A DNA stretch of 62,856 nt, filler included. It is 7 parts of 7 records of this genome, joined end to end, with 100 filler letters (N's around TTAATTAATTAA, not from the genome) between each part and the next. Parts side by side here need not be neighbours in the genome. Positions count along the whole stretch, not along the records: positions 1 to 28,164 come from SRR9188676_824; positions 28,265 to 33,209 come from SRR9188676_828; 5 more parts are not named here. One strand, 5' to 3'. The notes under the pieces were generated by a model, which ran no database searches, was not told where the DNA came from, and worked only from the letters and a program-made list of their open reading frames with translations. Positions 18,618 through 28,897 of this stretch are shown here, in pieces. Within the stretch, counting starts at the first letter, position 1. Every line of letters starts with the position of its first letter. The translations under genes and the position numbers were made by a program.

Positions 18618-19883
18618 CTAAACTGTCATAAATGCTCTGCTAATCATTTCCTGTTCGTTTCTACTTATTTTATATTTTGTAGCTATTGTTTTCCATTCAG
18701 CCACAACTCCCTTAATCTCTTCAATAATTTGCTTGGCACGTTCTTGTTTTAGCCTAAAAAATATAGCGACTTCCAATGCAAGATTTGTATCCAAAGCATT
18801 ATCATTTTCTGAAATGTTTAATTTTAATCCAGTGCCGGTTTCAATGGGATTTATATCAAAAGCAGGGGAGAGTTCCCAACCTTTGTTTGTCAATAAAAAT
18901 CCATGATTTCTAAGATGGTCATCTGTATTAGAGACACAAATATTAAAGACAATTCTTCTCCAAAGCTGTTCTAAATCACCCTCAACGTTTGAGCCATTTC
19001 GCATGATAAATTCGGCTAAATGTAAGTAACTTACCCCATCTTGAAAATCTGTTCCATCGGTATGTCCTAGTAGTGTCATAGCAGAGGCAAAATGAATCCT
19101 TTTATTATTAACTCTATCAAAACGTTTTGTCAAAAAAGTATGATGATGACCACTAAACTTTTGAATCATTGCTTCAGACATTTGAATACCCGATTTTTGA
19201 GCTAATTCATAAATAACCATTTCCCATGCAGCAGTATCTCGATTATCAAAGTTACTTGGGAATTTTGCAATCCATAAATGGTTATTGGTATCCACAATAC
19301 TTGCTTTGGGTCTTGCACCTCCTAAAGATGAACCAGGAGCAATGAGCATATTTAACCACTTTAAATAGTCAGGATTATCTACACTGTCATCTTTTTCAAG
19401 TAGAAGACTAGCTTGCTCTAATTCTCTTAAAGAGGTAAAAGGTGGAGCCGCCATTGCTTTATTATCATTTAAAAATGGCCCCTCAATAGATTCCTTAAAT
19501 CGTATTGCCCCCATTCTATGTTGGTCATAGACACCCAAAAGATAATCTGTTTCAAAAAGTAATTGTTCTCTGCGTCCCTCAAATCGTGCTATAGCGGCTT
19601 CACGCCTACGCATGAGTAACCGTCCCCATCTGTCGGGAGAAGAATCCATAAAAATTCCAAAATTACTTTTAGTATCATTTAGGTATTGCTTCCCACTATA
19701 TAATGCTAAATCAGGATCAAGTGAAAAGAGATATTCATTAACTTTCAACCACTGTTTATCATATTCAAAAGCAAATATTTCTTTTCCTCTGATTTGCGTT
19801 GCAGATAATTCACCCATTAATTGAGGTATTTCTGAGCTTTCCCAATCTGTAAATACAGTGATATGTCGTTTTTTTTCTGCCAT
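18618..19883 (-). CDS. hipA: HipA-family toxin kinase
   Basis: DSSPDRWGR, GSSLGGARPKA, IAKFP, RFDR, NTDDHLRNHGF and LSPAFD. Start at MAEKK. Confidence 0.93.
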   Translation of the reverse strand: MAEKKRHITVFTDWESSEIPQLMGELSATQIRGKEIFAFEYDKQWLKVNEYLFSLDPDLALYSGKQYLNDTKSNFGIFMDSSPDRWGRLLMRRREAAIARFEGRREQLLFETDYLLGVYDQHRMGAIRFKESIEGPFLNDNKAMAAPPFTSLRELEQASLLLEKDDSVDNPDYLKWLNMLIAPGSSLGGARPKASIVDTNNHLWIAKFPSNFDNRDTAAWEMVIYELAQKSGIQMSEAMIQKFSGHHHTFLTKRFDRVNNKRIHFASAMTLLGHTDGTDFQDGVSYLHLAEFIMRNGSNVEGDLEQLWRRIVFNICVSNTDDHLRNHGFLLTNKGWELSPAFDINPIETGTGLKLNISENDNALDTNLALEVAIFFRLKQERAKQIIEEIKGVVAEWKTIATKYKISRNEQEMISRAFMTV

Positions 19884-19887
19884 TATC

Positions 19888-20211
19888 TTATGCCTCTTTA
19901 GGTTTTCTGCTTGCCCGTTTTTTGACCAATAAATCAGCATCTTGTAATTTTCTACCTAAAGTATCATCATTGGCTAGGTTTAGAAAGTTTCTTTCTAAGC
20001 CCAATACAAATAATACTTGAACGTATGCTCCCATCGCAACACTTGGTGTACCTTTTTCAATTAACCATAGTGTGGTACGACTAATATCCGCACGTTCTGC
20101 AACTTGTTCAGCGCTTAGTTTTCTTCTTAGTCGAGCCAGTCTAATATCTTCTCCTAATTGAGCTAATATTTTAGCAGCAGTCGGTAATAATATAGTTGCT
20201 TTAGTATTCAT
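19888..20211 (-). CDS. hipB: XRE-family HTH antitoxin (HipB-like)
   Basis: LGEDIRLARLRRKLSAEQVAERADISRTTL HTH; immediately upstream of hipA. Confidence 0.85.
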   Translation of the reverse strand: MNTKATILLPTAAKILAQLGEDIRLARLRRKLSAEQVAERADISRTTLWLIEKGTPSVAMGAYVQVLFVLGLERNFLNLANDDTLGRKLQDADLLVKKRASRKPKEA

Positions 20212-20270
20212 AATGTTTGATATTATGAACAAATATACAATTAATGTTTATAATATCAAACATTATGAAT
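20206..20270 (-). promoter_or_regulatory. hipBA promoter enclosed by a 26-bp inverted-repeat operator
   Basis: Arms 20206-20231 and 20245-20270 differ by one base. The minus strand reads TTTG (20260-20257)-N19-TATATTTG (20237-20230), a canonical Bacteroidota -33/-7 promoter. Confidence 0.75.
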
Positions 20271-20283
20271 TAATCTGATTATT

Positions 20284-23200
20284 TCAAATTTTAACTCTCA
20301 TCCCTTTCTTTTCCATCTCATTAACCTGCTCTTCAGCATTGCTTGATGGAGTAATATTGATGGACTTTTCCTTCTTTTCAATGGTTTGATCAATTTTTTC
20401 TTTTAGGGAGTCAAGTTCTTTTTTGACTTTGATCAGCTCATTTTCTCCTTTAAAGTCCTCTTGGATAAACTTTCTTAAATCATTGATGTTCTTGTTAATG
20501 TTTTCAATGTTCTGTTGAACGCTTTCTAATAATACAGGAATTTTGAGGAGTGCTCTTTGAGGATATTGTACAGCAATGTCTGGCGTACTGGCAAGATAAC
20601 CGCCATTGAAAGCATACTTTTCATTACTCTGTCCCTGCAAGATTAAGATATTCTCTAAACTTACTCTGTTATCAAAGTCCCTTATCTTAGTCGCCTCAAA
20701 ATACATTTTAAATCCTGCATAAGTGCCTACTTCCGTAATACCTTCTTGAGCAATGCTATCTCTTAATTTAACAAGATATGTGCCTAGTCCTTTTTCAGTC
20801 CTTATATCAAGTTCCTTTTTATCAAAAAGTGAATCTGAATGACGAGTAATAAAACTTTCTAAGCTTTGTGAATTAACCAGGTATTTGTCAAGATTAATTT
20901 TTTCTGACTTAAAATCTACTTGTTGGTCTAAAAGGAACTTTTGATCTTTCAGCAATGCTTCTTTTTTTATTTCATTTAGCCGTAAGGAAGTTTCCAAACC
21001 CTCTATCTTTTCTTCAGCCAATCGTTGATCTTTCAAAAACATAAACTTTTCAGATTCAACCTTTCCAAGCTCACGTTCTAATTTTGCTTTATCAAGAAGC
21101 ATGGTATTTCCAGAAAGAATGGCGCAGTACTCGGCATAATTCATACCATTGGCTTCGTCCATACCGCCTTCATCAATTTTTCGTACACCTAGCTGATTCG
21201 ATTTAATCTGATTGATAAAAATACTCTTGTTAAGCAGAAGATTGAATTTATAGGAATCTAGCGTCTGTTCAACGGCATAGACAAAATTATGTACTTCATT
21301 GTTATTAAACTTCATGGCATATTCGTTACCTTGCCTAGCACCTCGACCAATGCGCTGTTCAAATTCAGAAGGTTTCCATGGAATATCCAGGTGATGCATG
21401 GCAATCATACGACGCTGAGCATTTACGCCAGTACCTAAAGTACTTGTTGAGCCAATCAAAACTCTCACTTCACCATTATTCATTTTTTCAAAGAGTTTTT
21501 CTCGTTGTTTATCCGTTTTGAAAGATTGAATAAATGCAATTTCCTCTGGCTTTAAGCCTTTTTCTATCAACTTATCCTTAATAGCAAAATAAACATTGAA
21601 GCCAGTACTTTTAGAAGAAGGAGTACTTAAATCACAGAAAATCATTTGAGTCGCTTTAAAGTGATTACCTTCCTGATAGTAATCTAATACTTTATGACAG
21701 CATTGATTGATTTTATTATTGACATCATCGTTAAAACTAGGATGAATCAAACGCATATCCAATGCCATTTTCTTACTCTCATTGGTGGCAATTAGCATCT
21801 TCGCCTTTTCTTCACTTTCACTTAAAGGATTACGATAGATTAAGGTACCATCACCAGTATTAGCAAAATCTTGTAAACGCAAAGAAAAGTCTTGTTGCTC
21901 TTTGGTTTGTGGTAAAACCACTAATTCTGTTTTAGCTTTGGCTGGAAAGATGCCAACCATATCACTTGTTTTATAGTCTGTAATTTGACTATAGAAAATA
22001 GCTAATTCAGGTACTTTGATGTATTCTCTAAAACGTTCTTTCTGAATGATATTATTGGTGATGGAGATTTCGTACTCGGTTGATTTAACCCCATAAGTAG
22101 CAATCCAAGAATCGAAATTAAAAATCTGTTGTTTCTTTAATTCTTTGGGTCGAAGGTATTTAAATAACAAATACAGTTCATTCAAAGAATTCGAAATGGG
22201 CGTTCCAGACAGAAAAGTAACCCCTAAATCTCTCCCTTTTTTCTCTTGTAAAGTTCGTAGCGCAACCAACATATTTAAAGCTCTATCACTTCCTTCCATA
22301 CTTCCTAGTCCAGCCACATTATTATGACGAGTACTGTAAGTAAGGTTTTTATAAATATGCGATTCATCGACAAAAATATGATCAATCCCCATAGAATCGA
22401 AGTTGAGCACATCATCACGATGTTCTTTAATCGCTTCCATTTTGGTCTTAAGCTTACTTTCTAAATTAGCTTGACGTTTCAGTAAGCCTTTGTATTGTTG
22501 TTTGGTCTCATACGTTTGAGACATCGAATTCATCACCTTCAAATCCTTGTTCAGGTTATTCAATTCATCTCCAAGAACAGCCGAAAAGGCTTCATGAGAA
22601 TGAGGTATTTTGCTAAACTGCTCATGGGTAAGAATAACGCAGTCCCAATTATTATTCTTGATTTGATTGAAGATATTCTCCCGATTCTTTTTACTAAAAT
22701 CAACATCACCACTGTAAAGTAAACTAGCATTAGGATAAGCCTTTTTATAGGTTTCAGCAATCTGAGCAATGTTCGCTTTCAAGCAAAGAATCAAAGGTTT
22801 ATTAGCCACGCCTAAGCGTTTCATTTCATGGCTTGTTACAATCATCGTCAATGATTTACCTAAACCCACTTGATGGTCAACAATTCCACCATCTTGCTGA
22901 ATCAAAGCCCAAGCGGCATCTTTCTGGGATTTATACAAATCAGGAATACCTAAATTCTGTAAGTTTAATTGAGGGAAAGTTAAATGTCCACCATCGTATT
23001 GAGGTTTTACGTAGCAGTTAAACTTCTGATTATAAGTTTTGGCTAAATCGTTCTTAAAATCAATGTCTTGTTCATTCAAAAAGGCGATGAATTTGTTTCT
23101 AATATCTTCAATCTTGTTATTGACTAAGATGGTTTTATCTTTATCAGTTACATAAATATTTTTACCTCTGTCAACATCATAGCCAATTAACTTTTCCATT

Positions 23201-25449
23201 TTTGGCGTAGTATTGTACAAAGCATGTTCTAGCAAATCAATTCCATTTACTTTATTGTTGTCGGCAGTAACGGCATACAAAGTATTAATATTCTCATTGC
23301 GTTCATACTTTTGGTATCTAATCATGTAGTTATCAGTATTTTCTAAATAATCTACCGTAATACTTGAACTGTTGAAGAGCTGCCGAGCAAAGCGTTCATA
23401 GATTTTAGGGGAAATCCATCTTTCACCCAGATTAAAATCTAAATCATTATAACTAATAGGAGTGGGGAGAACCTCCTTTAAACAATCTAAAGTATGCTGT
23501 AATCTTTCTTTTTTTTGCTGGTCTTCAATGTTAGGGAGATTGTTTTCTAACCAATTGATTTTCTCGACCACATTCCCTGAAATGACAGAAGCAAAACCCT
23601 CAAACCTTGCTGTTTTAGGATTAAAAGCAATAAGTTTATCCGCTAATAATTGCTGTTCAATTGCTGCTTCATTATGTTGACTAAGTTTAGTTATGTAACC
23701 AGTATCAGCAAACCCATATTGATTGAGCGAAACATAGAAAGCATCCTTGACAGAATAATCATGTACTTGATTAAAAGCAACGGGTTTATAGAAAATATCC
23801 GACTTGACAAACTCTTTATTTTCAACCCGCTCTAATCCGAAAACTTGCTTATTCTTAGGGTCTTCGTCTAAATAAATTCTATTGGTATTAAGAGAACCAT
23901 AAACACTCTTAAAGTTATCGTACTGTTCATTGAGTAATTTCCTTAAAAAGGAATGCTCAATTTTTTCGGCTAATTCGTAGCGATACAAATCATCATAAGT
24001 TTTACGGATTTGCATCACAGACAAATACATATTTTGCAGTTCCAAAGTATAGTCAGTGGGAACAAGGTAATTAGCACCAACATCAATTTTAAGCTTGTAT
24101 AACTTCTCATTTTCAACGACAAACTGACCATCAATATCGCTTTCGGTCAGTGGCGTTTTATAAGGAATGTTTTTGGGCAATGCTGGCGTAATTGATAAAG
24201 TGGTTTCAATAGGATTAACAGGAGCAGCAGGAGCAAAGAGGTCTAACTGGAAAAGATTAGCTTTCTTACTGACAGAAATAGCTTGAAAAAGAGAATGTTC
24301 AGATGATTTCACAGCAAGATTAATGGTAAAGTTTTTCTTGAAATCAGATGCCAAAATTTCATCCACCGCTTTACAGATTTCAAGGAGTCCACCCGCTTTT
24401 AAATACGCTAAATTGGGTCTTCCATATTGGTCTTTCCCGAAGGTCAACTCATCAGAAATGATAGCATTACGATTCAGGTGGAAATATTCATTAAGTTGAA
24501 ATTTGTGAGATGACTGCTCATTAGTGATTAAAGCAGTTCGCACTAAAGATTGCTCCATTGGATTCAGCGAAGTTTTTGGACCAGTCTTTTGTAAAATCAA
24601 TAAATCAGCACCAGCCTGAGTCCCGGCATCTAAGAAAGTATTTTGAGGTAATCGAATCGCTGAAATAAGATTAGCATTAGCCATTACAAATTGCCTAATG
24701 GGTAAATTAACTGGACTATCCAAAACACCATAAGGCATAATATGCGCTAAAACCCCGCCTTCCTTCAACAAGTCAAGTGATTTGATAAGGAAGAAATTAT
24801 GAATATGATTGCTCGCCTGTCGTTTTACTTTATTCTTATTGAGATTATATATAGGGTCAAAAACTTTAAAATCACCGAAAGGAATATTGGAAGAAATTAA
24901 ATCATAAGTACCCATTTTATGTTTTCCAACAGTTTCAAAAGGAGCATTTACACTGTTCGCATGAAGAGCCTTTAAGATTTTAGCGGTTAAATCATCTTTC
25001 TCCAAGAGTAAGCTATCTTTCATGGCAATTCCCAGTTTTTGAAACTCGCTAAAAAATAATCCAGAACCCGCACTTGGATCAAGATAATTATCAGCTTTCA
25101 CAGCATTTTTTAGCAGGGCATTTCCAATGGAGCGAATGAGTTCAGGGGAAGTATAAAAGCTGGTGAGAATACTGTTTTTGATACTCTCGATATTTTGCTC
25201 GTAGTTTGGCTTTGAGGATAAGAAAGCATGTAATTCTTCAATGTGAGGTTTAATTTTTAGAGACTCTAAACTCCAAGAAGAGATATTATCCAAAGGCAAG
25301 AGTAATTCTTTTAGACCACCCCAACCTTTAAATGCTGAAAGAATCTCTTTCTCCTCAGGACTGGCAACTCTTTTTTCATCGAGGATTTGGTACGCAGTTT
25401 TGAGTCCCTCCAAATTATCTTTGAGGACTTGCTTCTTATGATAGGACAT
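20284..25449 (-). CDS. N6-adenine methylase-SNF2/SF2 helicase fusion (DarB-like)
   Basis: FKGWGG, SFYTS, LDPSAGSG, SNIPFG; helicase motifs HQVGLGKS, VDESH, LSGTP, GTGVN and QRIGRGARQG. Confidence 0.9.
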   Translation of the reverse strand: MSYHKKQVLKDNLEGLKTAYQILDEKRVASPEEKEILSAFKGWGGLKELLLPLDNISSWSLESLKIKPHIEELHAFLSSKPNYEQNIESIKNSILTSFYTSPELIRSIGNALLKNAVKADNYLDPSAGSGLFFSEFQKLGIAMKDSLLLEKDDLTAKILKALHANSVNAPFETVGKHKMGTYDLISSNIPFGDFKVFDPIYNLNKNKVKRQASNHIHNFFLIKSLDLLKEGGVLAHIMPYGVLDSPVNLPIRQFVMANANLISAIRLPQNTFLDAGTQAGADLLILQKTGPKTSLNPMEQSLVRTALITNEQSSHKFQLNEYFHLNRNAIISDELTFGKDQYGRPNLAYLKAGGLLEICKAVDEILASDFKKNFTINLAVKSSEHSLFQAISVSKKANLFQLDLFAPAAPVNPIETTLSITPALPKNIPYKTPLTESDIDGQFVVENEKLYKLKIDVGANYLVPTDYTLELQNMYLSVMQIRKTYDDLYRYELAEKIEHSFLRKLLNEQYDNFKSVYGSLNTNRIYLDEDPKNKQVFGLERVENKEFVKSDIFYKPVAFNQVHDYSVKDAFYVSLNQYGFADTGYITKLSQHNEAAIEQQLLADKLIAFNPKTARFEGFASVISGNVVEKINWLENNLPNIEDQQKKERLQHTLDCLKEVLPTPISYNDLDFNLGERWISPKIYERFARQLFNSSSITVDYLENTDNYMIRYQKYERNENINTLYAVTADNNKVNGIDLLEHALYNTTPKMEKLIGYDVDRGKNIYVTDKDKTILVNNKIEDIRNKFIAFLNEQDIDFKNDLAKTYNQKFNCYVKPQYDGGHLTFPQLNLQNLGIPDLYKSQKDAAWALIQQDGGIVDHQVGLGKSLTMIVTSHEMKRLGVANKPLILCLKANIAQIAETYKKAYPNASLLYSGDVDFSKKNRENIFNQIKNNNWDCVILTHEQFSKIPHSHEAFSAVLGDELNNLNKDLKVMNSMSQTYETKQQYKGLLKRQANLESKLKTKMEAIKEHRDDVLNFDSMGIDHIFVDESHIYKNLTYSTRHNNVAGLGSMEGSDRALNMLVALRTLQEKKGRDLGVTFLSGTPISNSLNELYLLFKYLRPKELKKQQIFNFDSWIATYGVKSTEYEISITNNIIQKERFREYIKVPELAIFYSQITDYKTSDMVGIFPAKAKTELVVLPQTKEQQDFSLRLQDFANTGDGTLIYRNPLSESEEKAKMLIATNESKKMALDMRLIHPSFNDDVNNKINQCCHKVLDYYQEGNHFKATQMIFCDLSTPSSKSTGFNVYFAIKDKLIEKGLKPEEIAFIQSFKTDKQREKLFEKMNNGEVRVLIGSTSTLGTGVNAQRRMIAMHHLDIPWKPSEFEQRIGRGARQGNEYAMKFNNNEVHNFVYAVEQTLDSYKFNLLLNKSIFINQIKSNQLGVRKIDEGGMDEANGMNYAEYCAILSGNTMLLDKAKLERELGKVESEKFMFLKDQRLAEEKIEGLETSLRLNEIKKEALLKDQKFLLDQQVDFKSEKINLDKYLVNSQSLESFITRHSDSLFDKKELDIRTEKGLGTYLVKLRDSIAQEGITEVGTYAGFKMYFEATKIRDFDNRVSLENILILQGQSNEKYAFNGGYLASTPDIAVQYPQRALLKIPVLLESVQQNIENINKNINDLRKFIQEDFKGENELIKVKKELDSLKEKIDQTIEKKEKSINITPSSNAEEQVNEMEKKGMRVKI

Positions 25450-25503
25450 TTTAGATAGGAGGTTTAGAATAATGTAGTACTGTGTGTGTTTAATGAAGTT
25501 GAT

Positions 25504-25911
25504 TTAATCCAGGAAAAAGGATTCAATCAGTGTTGAGATAGATTTCTCTTCATCAATCAAAGAGCGGTATTCTTTAGAGAAATAGCGCATTTTTGCGCTA
25601 GTCTCAGCATCAAAAACATCAATACTAAAGGCGTATTGCTCCACCAGCATATCATACAGTCTTGAGTAGCTCGTCTGAAAATCAAAGAGATTTTTAGAGA
25701 CCATTTCCTCAGCTTCAGCTGATTGAAAACCTAGGAGTATAAGCCTTTCCAATTCACTATAATAGTGCTGAATTCTTTGATTGATAAGTGTTTCCAAATC
25801 GTTTTTTGGATAATAATCCAAGATGTCAGGATTGTTTGCTTCTAAAAAAGCAACGACTGTTTTCTGTTTTTCAGTAATGACAGAGTTTTTGAAAGATAAT
25901 TGCGCTTGCAT
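25504..25911 (-). CDS. DUF1896-like protein upstream of the methylase-helicase
   Basis: FLEANNPD...INQR...G..SAEAEE...L pattern and the usual position before the DarB-like gene. Confidence 0.55.
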   Translation of the reverse strand: MQAQLSFKNSVITEKQKTVVAFLEANNPDILDYYPKNDLETLINQRIQHYYSELERLILLGFQSAEAEEMVSKNLFDFQTSYSRLYDMLVEQYAFSIDVFDAETSAKMRYFSKEYRSLIDEEKSISTLIESFFLD

Positions 25912-26510
25912 ATAAATATAGTTTAGTGTGTATATAACTAATTTTAAAGTAAAGATAATAACTTAAAGTATTATTCAAAATTTAAAAAGAATAATTTGGA
26001 AGAATACATCAAAAAAGAAGAGATGAATTAAAAGAAGAACCTGAAAATCGGCATAACTGTTGTCCAAAGACAGCCTTCTCTGGGCTGATACACAAGGCTT
26101 ACGAAGACAGTCTTTGGAAGTGATTGCAAGAGTTCCCATCATGAAATGAAAGCTCAGGCTACACACGATTTCATGATTGGAACACTTGCTTGGGCTATAT
26201 TAGTGGAAATAACACCTACATTTTGTTGCCTATTTAGAGAAAGATTAGCCCATAAAAGTCGTTTTAGATTGGTTAAACCTAACATGTACTATTGGGAGTT
26301 TTGGTAGTCATATACATGAATTCGGTCGATTTGCACGAATGGGAGTTTCAATCCTTATTCAACTCTTGATTATCCTTGATATGAGATAAGAAATGAGGGG
26401 TTAGAAAGTATAATTCCTTTTATACAATCCGAAAATTATATAAAACAAACGACTCAAAATGTAACAACTTGATATAAGCTTATTAATACCTTTGTATTCA
26501 AGCTGAAATA

Positions 26511-26942
26511 ATGAAAACACGTTTGACTCGCATATTTTGTTTGCTAATGGCAATGCAGGTACTTTTTATGAGTACAGGCTTTTCCATGATTGAACATTAT
26601 TGCAAGATAAAAGGTAAGCAAACGTTCATTTTTACAAAACCACCACAATGTTGTGCGAATAAAATTCAGCACAAAAAACAATCAAGTACATCAGTAATTA
26701 AGAAGAAAAAGTGTTGCGAAGAACACAAAACTTTTCTAAAAATTACGCCCAATGCTTCTCATGGTCATGATGTAGCGCAAGGGTTTGTGCATCATGATTG
26801 GATTGATATTACCCCAAAAATATCATTTATCTCTGTCTGGGTATCTGAAGCTGTATCTTTTCAGATTTCTCATCGTTACAGTCCAGCACCGCCACTTTCA
26901 GGACGAAATCTTCTTGTTTTTATTCAATCGTTTCTTATCTGA
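26511..26942 (+). CDS. HYC_CC_PP family protein
   Basis: N-terminal TM, EHYC, two CC pairs and C-terminal PAPP...FLI. A TACCTTTG -7 element lies at 26487. Confidence 0.85.
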   Translation: MKTRLTRIFCLLMAMQVLFMSTGFSMIEHYCKIKGKQTFIFTKPPQCCANKIQHKKQSSTSVIKKKKCCEEHKTFLKITPNASHGHDVAQGFVHHDWIDITPKISFISVWVSEAVSFQISHRYSPAPPLSGRNLLVFIQSFLI

Positions 26943-27321
26943 TACTGTTGGTTAGAATTGCCTACTATTTTCTTGATTTTACCAAGAAAATGAACTCAAT
27001 TTTTAACCTAAACTGTATCGTTTATGTTTCATTCCACTCTTGTTTCTATTTATAAAAATCAGCGTAAGTTACCTGTGACAACTTATTAGGAAAGCTTTGA
27101 AACTAACGCCAGCATATCATGGGTAATACCGATGCAGTAACGGTTTCAAAAGAAATTCAATTATTGAGATTATCAATCAAGTTAGTGAACAAGTATCCTG
27201 AAGTACAACGCAAATGCAATTTAAAAAGTAGTAGATTATACGAAAACACGACACATTTTAAAGAATTATTAAAGAAAAATATCTATTAAAGAAACATTCT
27301 TGATTACGTCAAAACGCAAAG

Positions 27322-28164
27322 ATGAAAAAAATAATCATTCCCATTTTTACTCTAATGCTAGGTGGTTGCATAAGTAAGACAAGTGAAGTTCCTCAACTAA
27401 ATATAAATTATCCAGCCGCTTATGTTGTCAATGGCGAGAGTAGTACGATATCCATTATCAACTTAAATATCAATGAAGTTGCCGATTTGATACAATTAAC
27501 GGATGATATGTCGGGAATGGCTCATGGAGCAAATGCGATGTTTTTACAATATCCACATCATATTTATTTGAATCCTAGTAAAAGTCAGATTGCCATTGCA
27601 GCTCCAGGAGCAGATTTGAGTCAAGGACATGGAACGACTGCAAGCCATTCGGGCGGAGCAAAAGTTGCTGTTCTAAATGCAAGCTCTGGCATAAATGTAA
27701 AGTTGATTGATGTACCAATGATGAATCATAATGCTATTTACACGACCGATGGAAAGGAAATTTGGACTTCTCAAATGGATGAAGCAGGAAAAATATTGGT
27801 TTATGATGCCACTACCTATACTTTGAAAAATACGATTTCAGTGGGAAAAGAGCCTGCTGAAATTACGTTTTCCAATGATGGAACAACTGCTTTTGTTGCA
27901 AATGGAATGGATAATACTGTAACAGCGATTAATCCAAATACCAAAACCATTTTAGCTACGATTCCTGTTGGAATGAATCCTGTGGGAGCGTGGACGGGTT
28001 CGGATAATCGAATGTACGTGGACAATGAAGAGGGGCAAACTGTATCAATTATTGATGTAAAAACCTTGAAAGTGGTAGAAACTATTGCGTTAGGCTTTAT
28101 GCCGGGTTTTGTAGCATACCAAGGCGGTATGAAGGAAATGTGGGTAACAGACCCAATGGCTGGG
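27322..28164 (+). CDS. YncE/YVTN-type beta-propeller lipoprotein, truncated by the contig end
   Basis: Lipobox LGG-C, repeated AYVVN/AFVAN/MYVDN...TISVG blades, His/Met-rich loops. Confidence 0.8.
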
Positions 28165-28264
28165 NNNNNNNNNNNNNNNNNNNNNNNNNNNNNNNNNNNN
28201 NNNNNNNNTTAATTAATTAANNNNNNNNNNNNNNNNNNNNNNNNNNNNNNNNNNNNNNNNNNNN
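28165..28264. other. Artificial contig linker
   Basis: N44-TTAATTAATTAA-N44, with stops in all six frames. Confidence 0.98.
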
Positions 28265-28897
28265 ACATACATAAATAAATAAGCTTATAATGGAGAGAAA
28301 ATACTGATCTTTACATACATACATAAATCAGTAGAGAGAAAAGAATGAGCTCAGAATTACAAAATCATCGCATAATCGATTTTGAAAGGTAGTACAGCCA
28401 CACAAGGAAGAATATCCAGAACATAAATGTCATTCATCGATCCCATGATCGACGGCAGGAGAAAAGGGAGAGTACGTTTGTGTGAATGGAAATGAGAATG
28501 AGAGTGATTGAATATTATATAAATGGCAGGGCATATGATCAGAGTGATCCTGTCACCGTGACTAACCGCTATAGAAGTATATAGACATGGCTAAATTGAC
28601 AACCTTATGAATTTATAAAAAGCAGTGCAGATAATTAAGAGATATAAAGTTGGAGTCCTGGATTACGGGGTTTGTTCAACGCAAACCTAATCCGACATTA
28701 ATCGAAATTCTCCTGACTCTGAGAGGGGTGATAGGGGTCGCGTCCTCAAATCAGCTTTTCTCGAACGTTGAAAAATCGGTTCAGATTCGCGGATTTGATT
28801 GTGGATTAGATTTGTGGATCTGATTTGCGGTGGCTTACTTGAATGATAAGATTAGAATTAGTCTGCGAGAATGATCGAAGTTCTATGGTAGACATAC

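Noticed and set aside
25975-26400. Small ORFs or an ncRNA between the DUF1896-like and HYC_CC_PP genes, including a TCCAAAGAC/GTCTTTGGA stem
   Set aside because: No recognisable protein or RNA family, and no att-like repeat found by eye.
28209-28220. Recurring TTAATTAATTAA palindrome as a biological repeat or recombination site
   Set aside because: Always centred in exactly 44+44 N; it is a six-frame stop linker.
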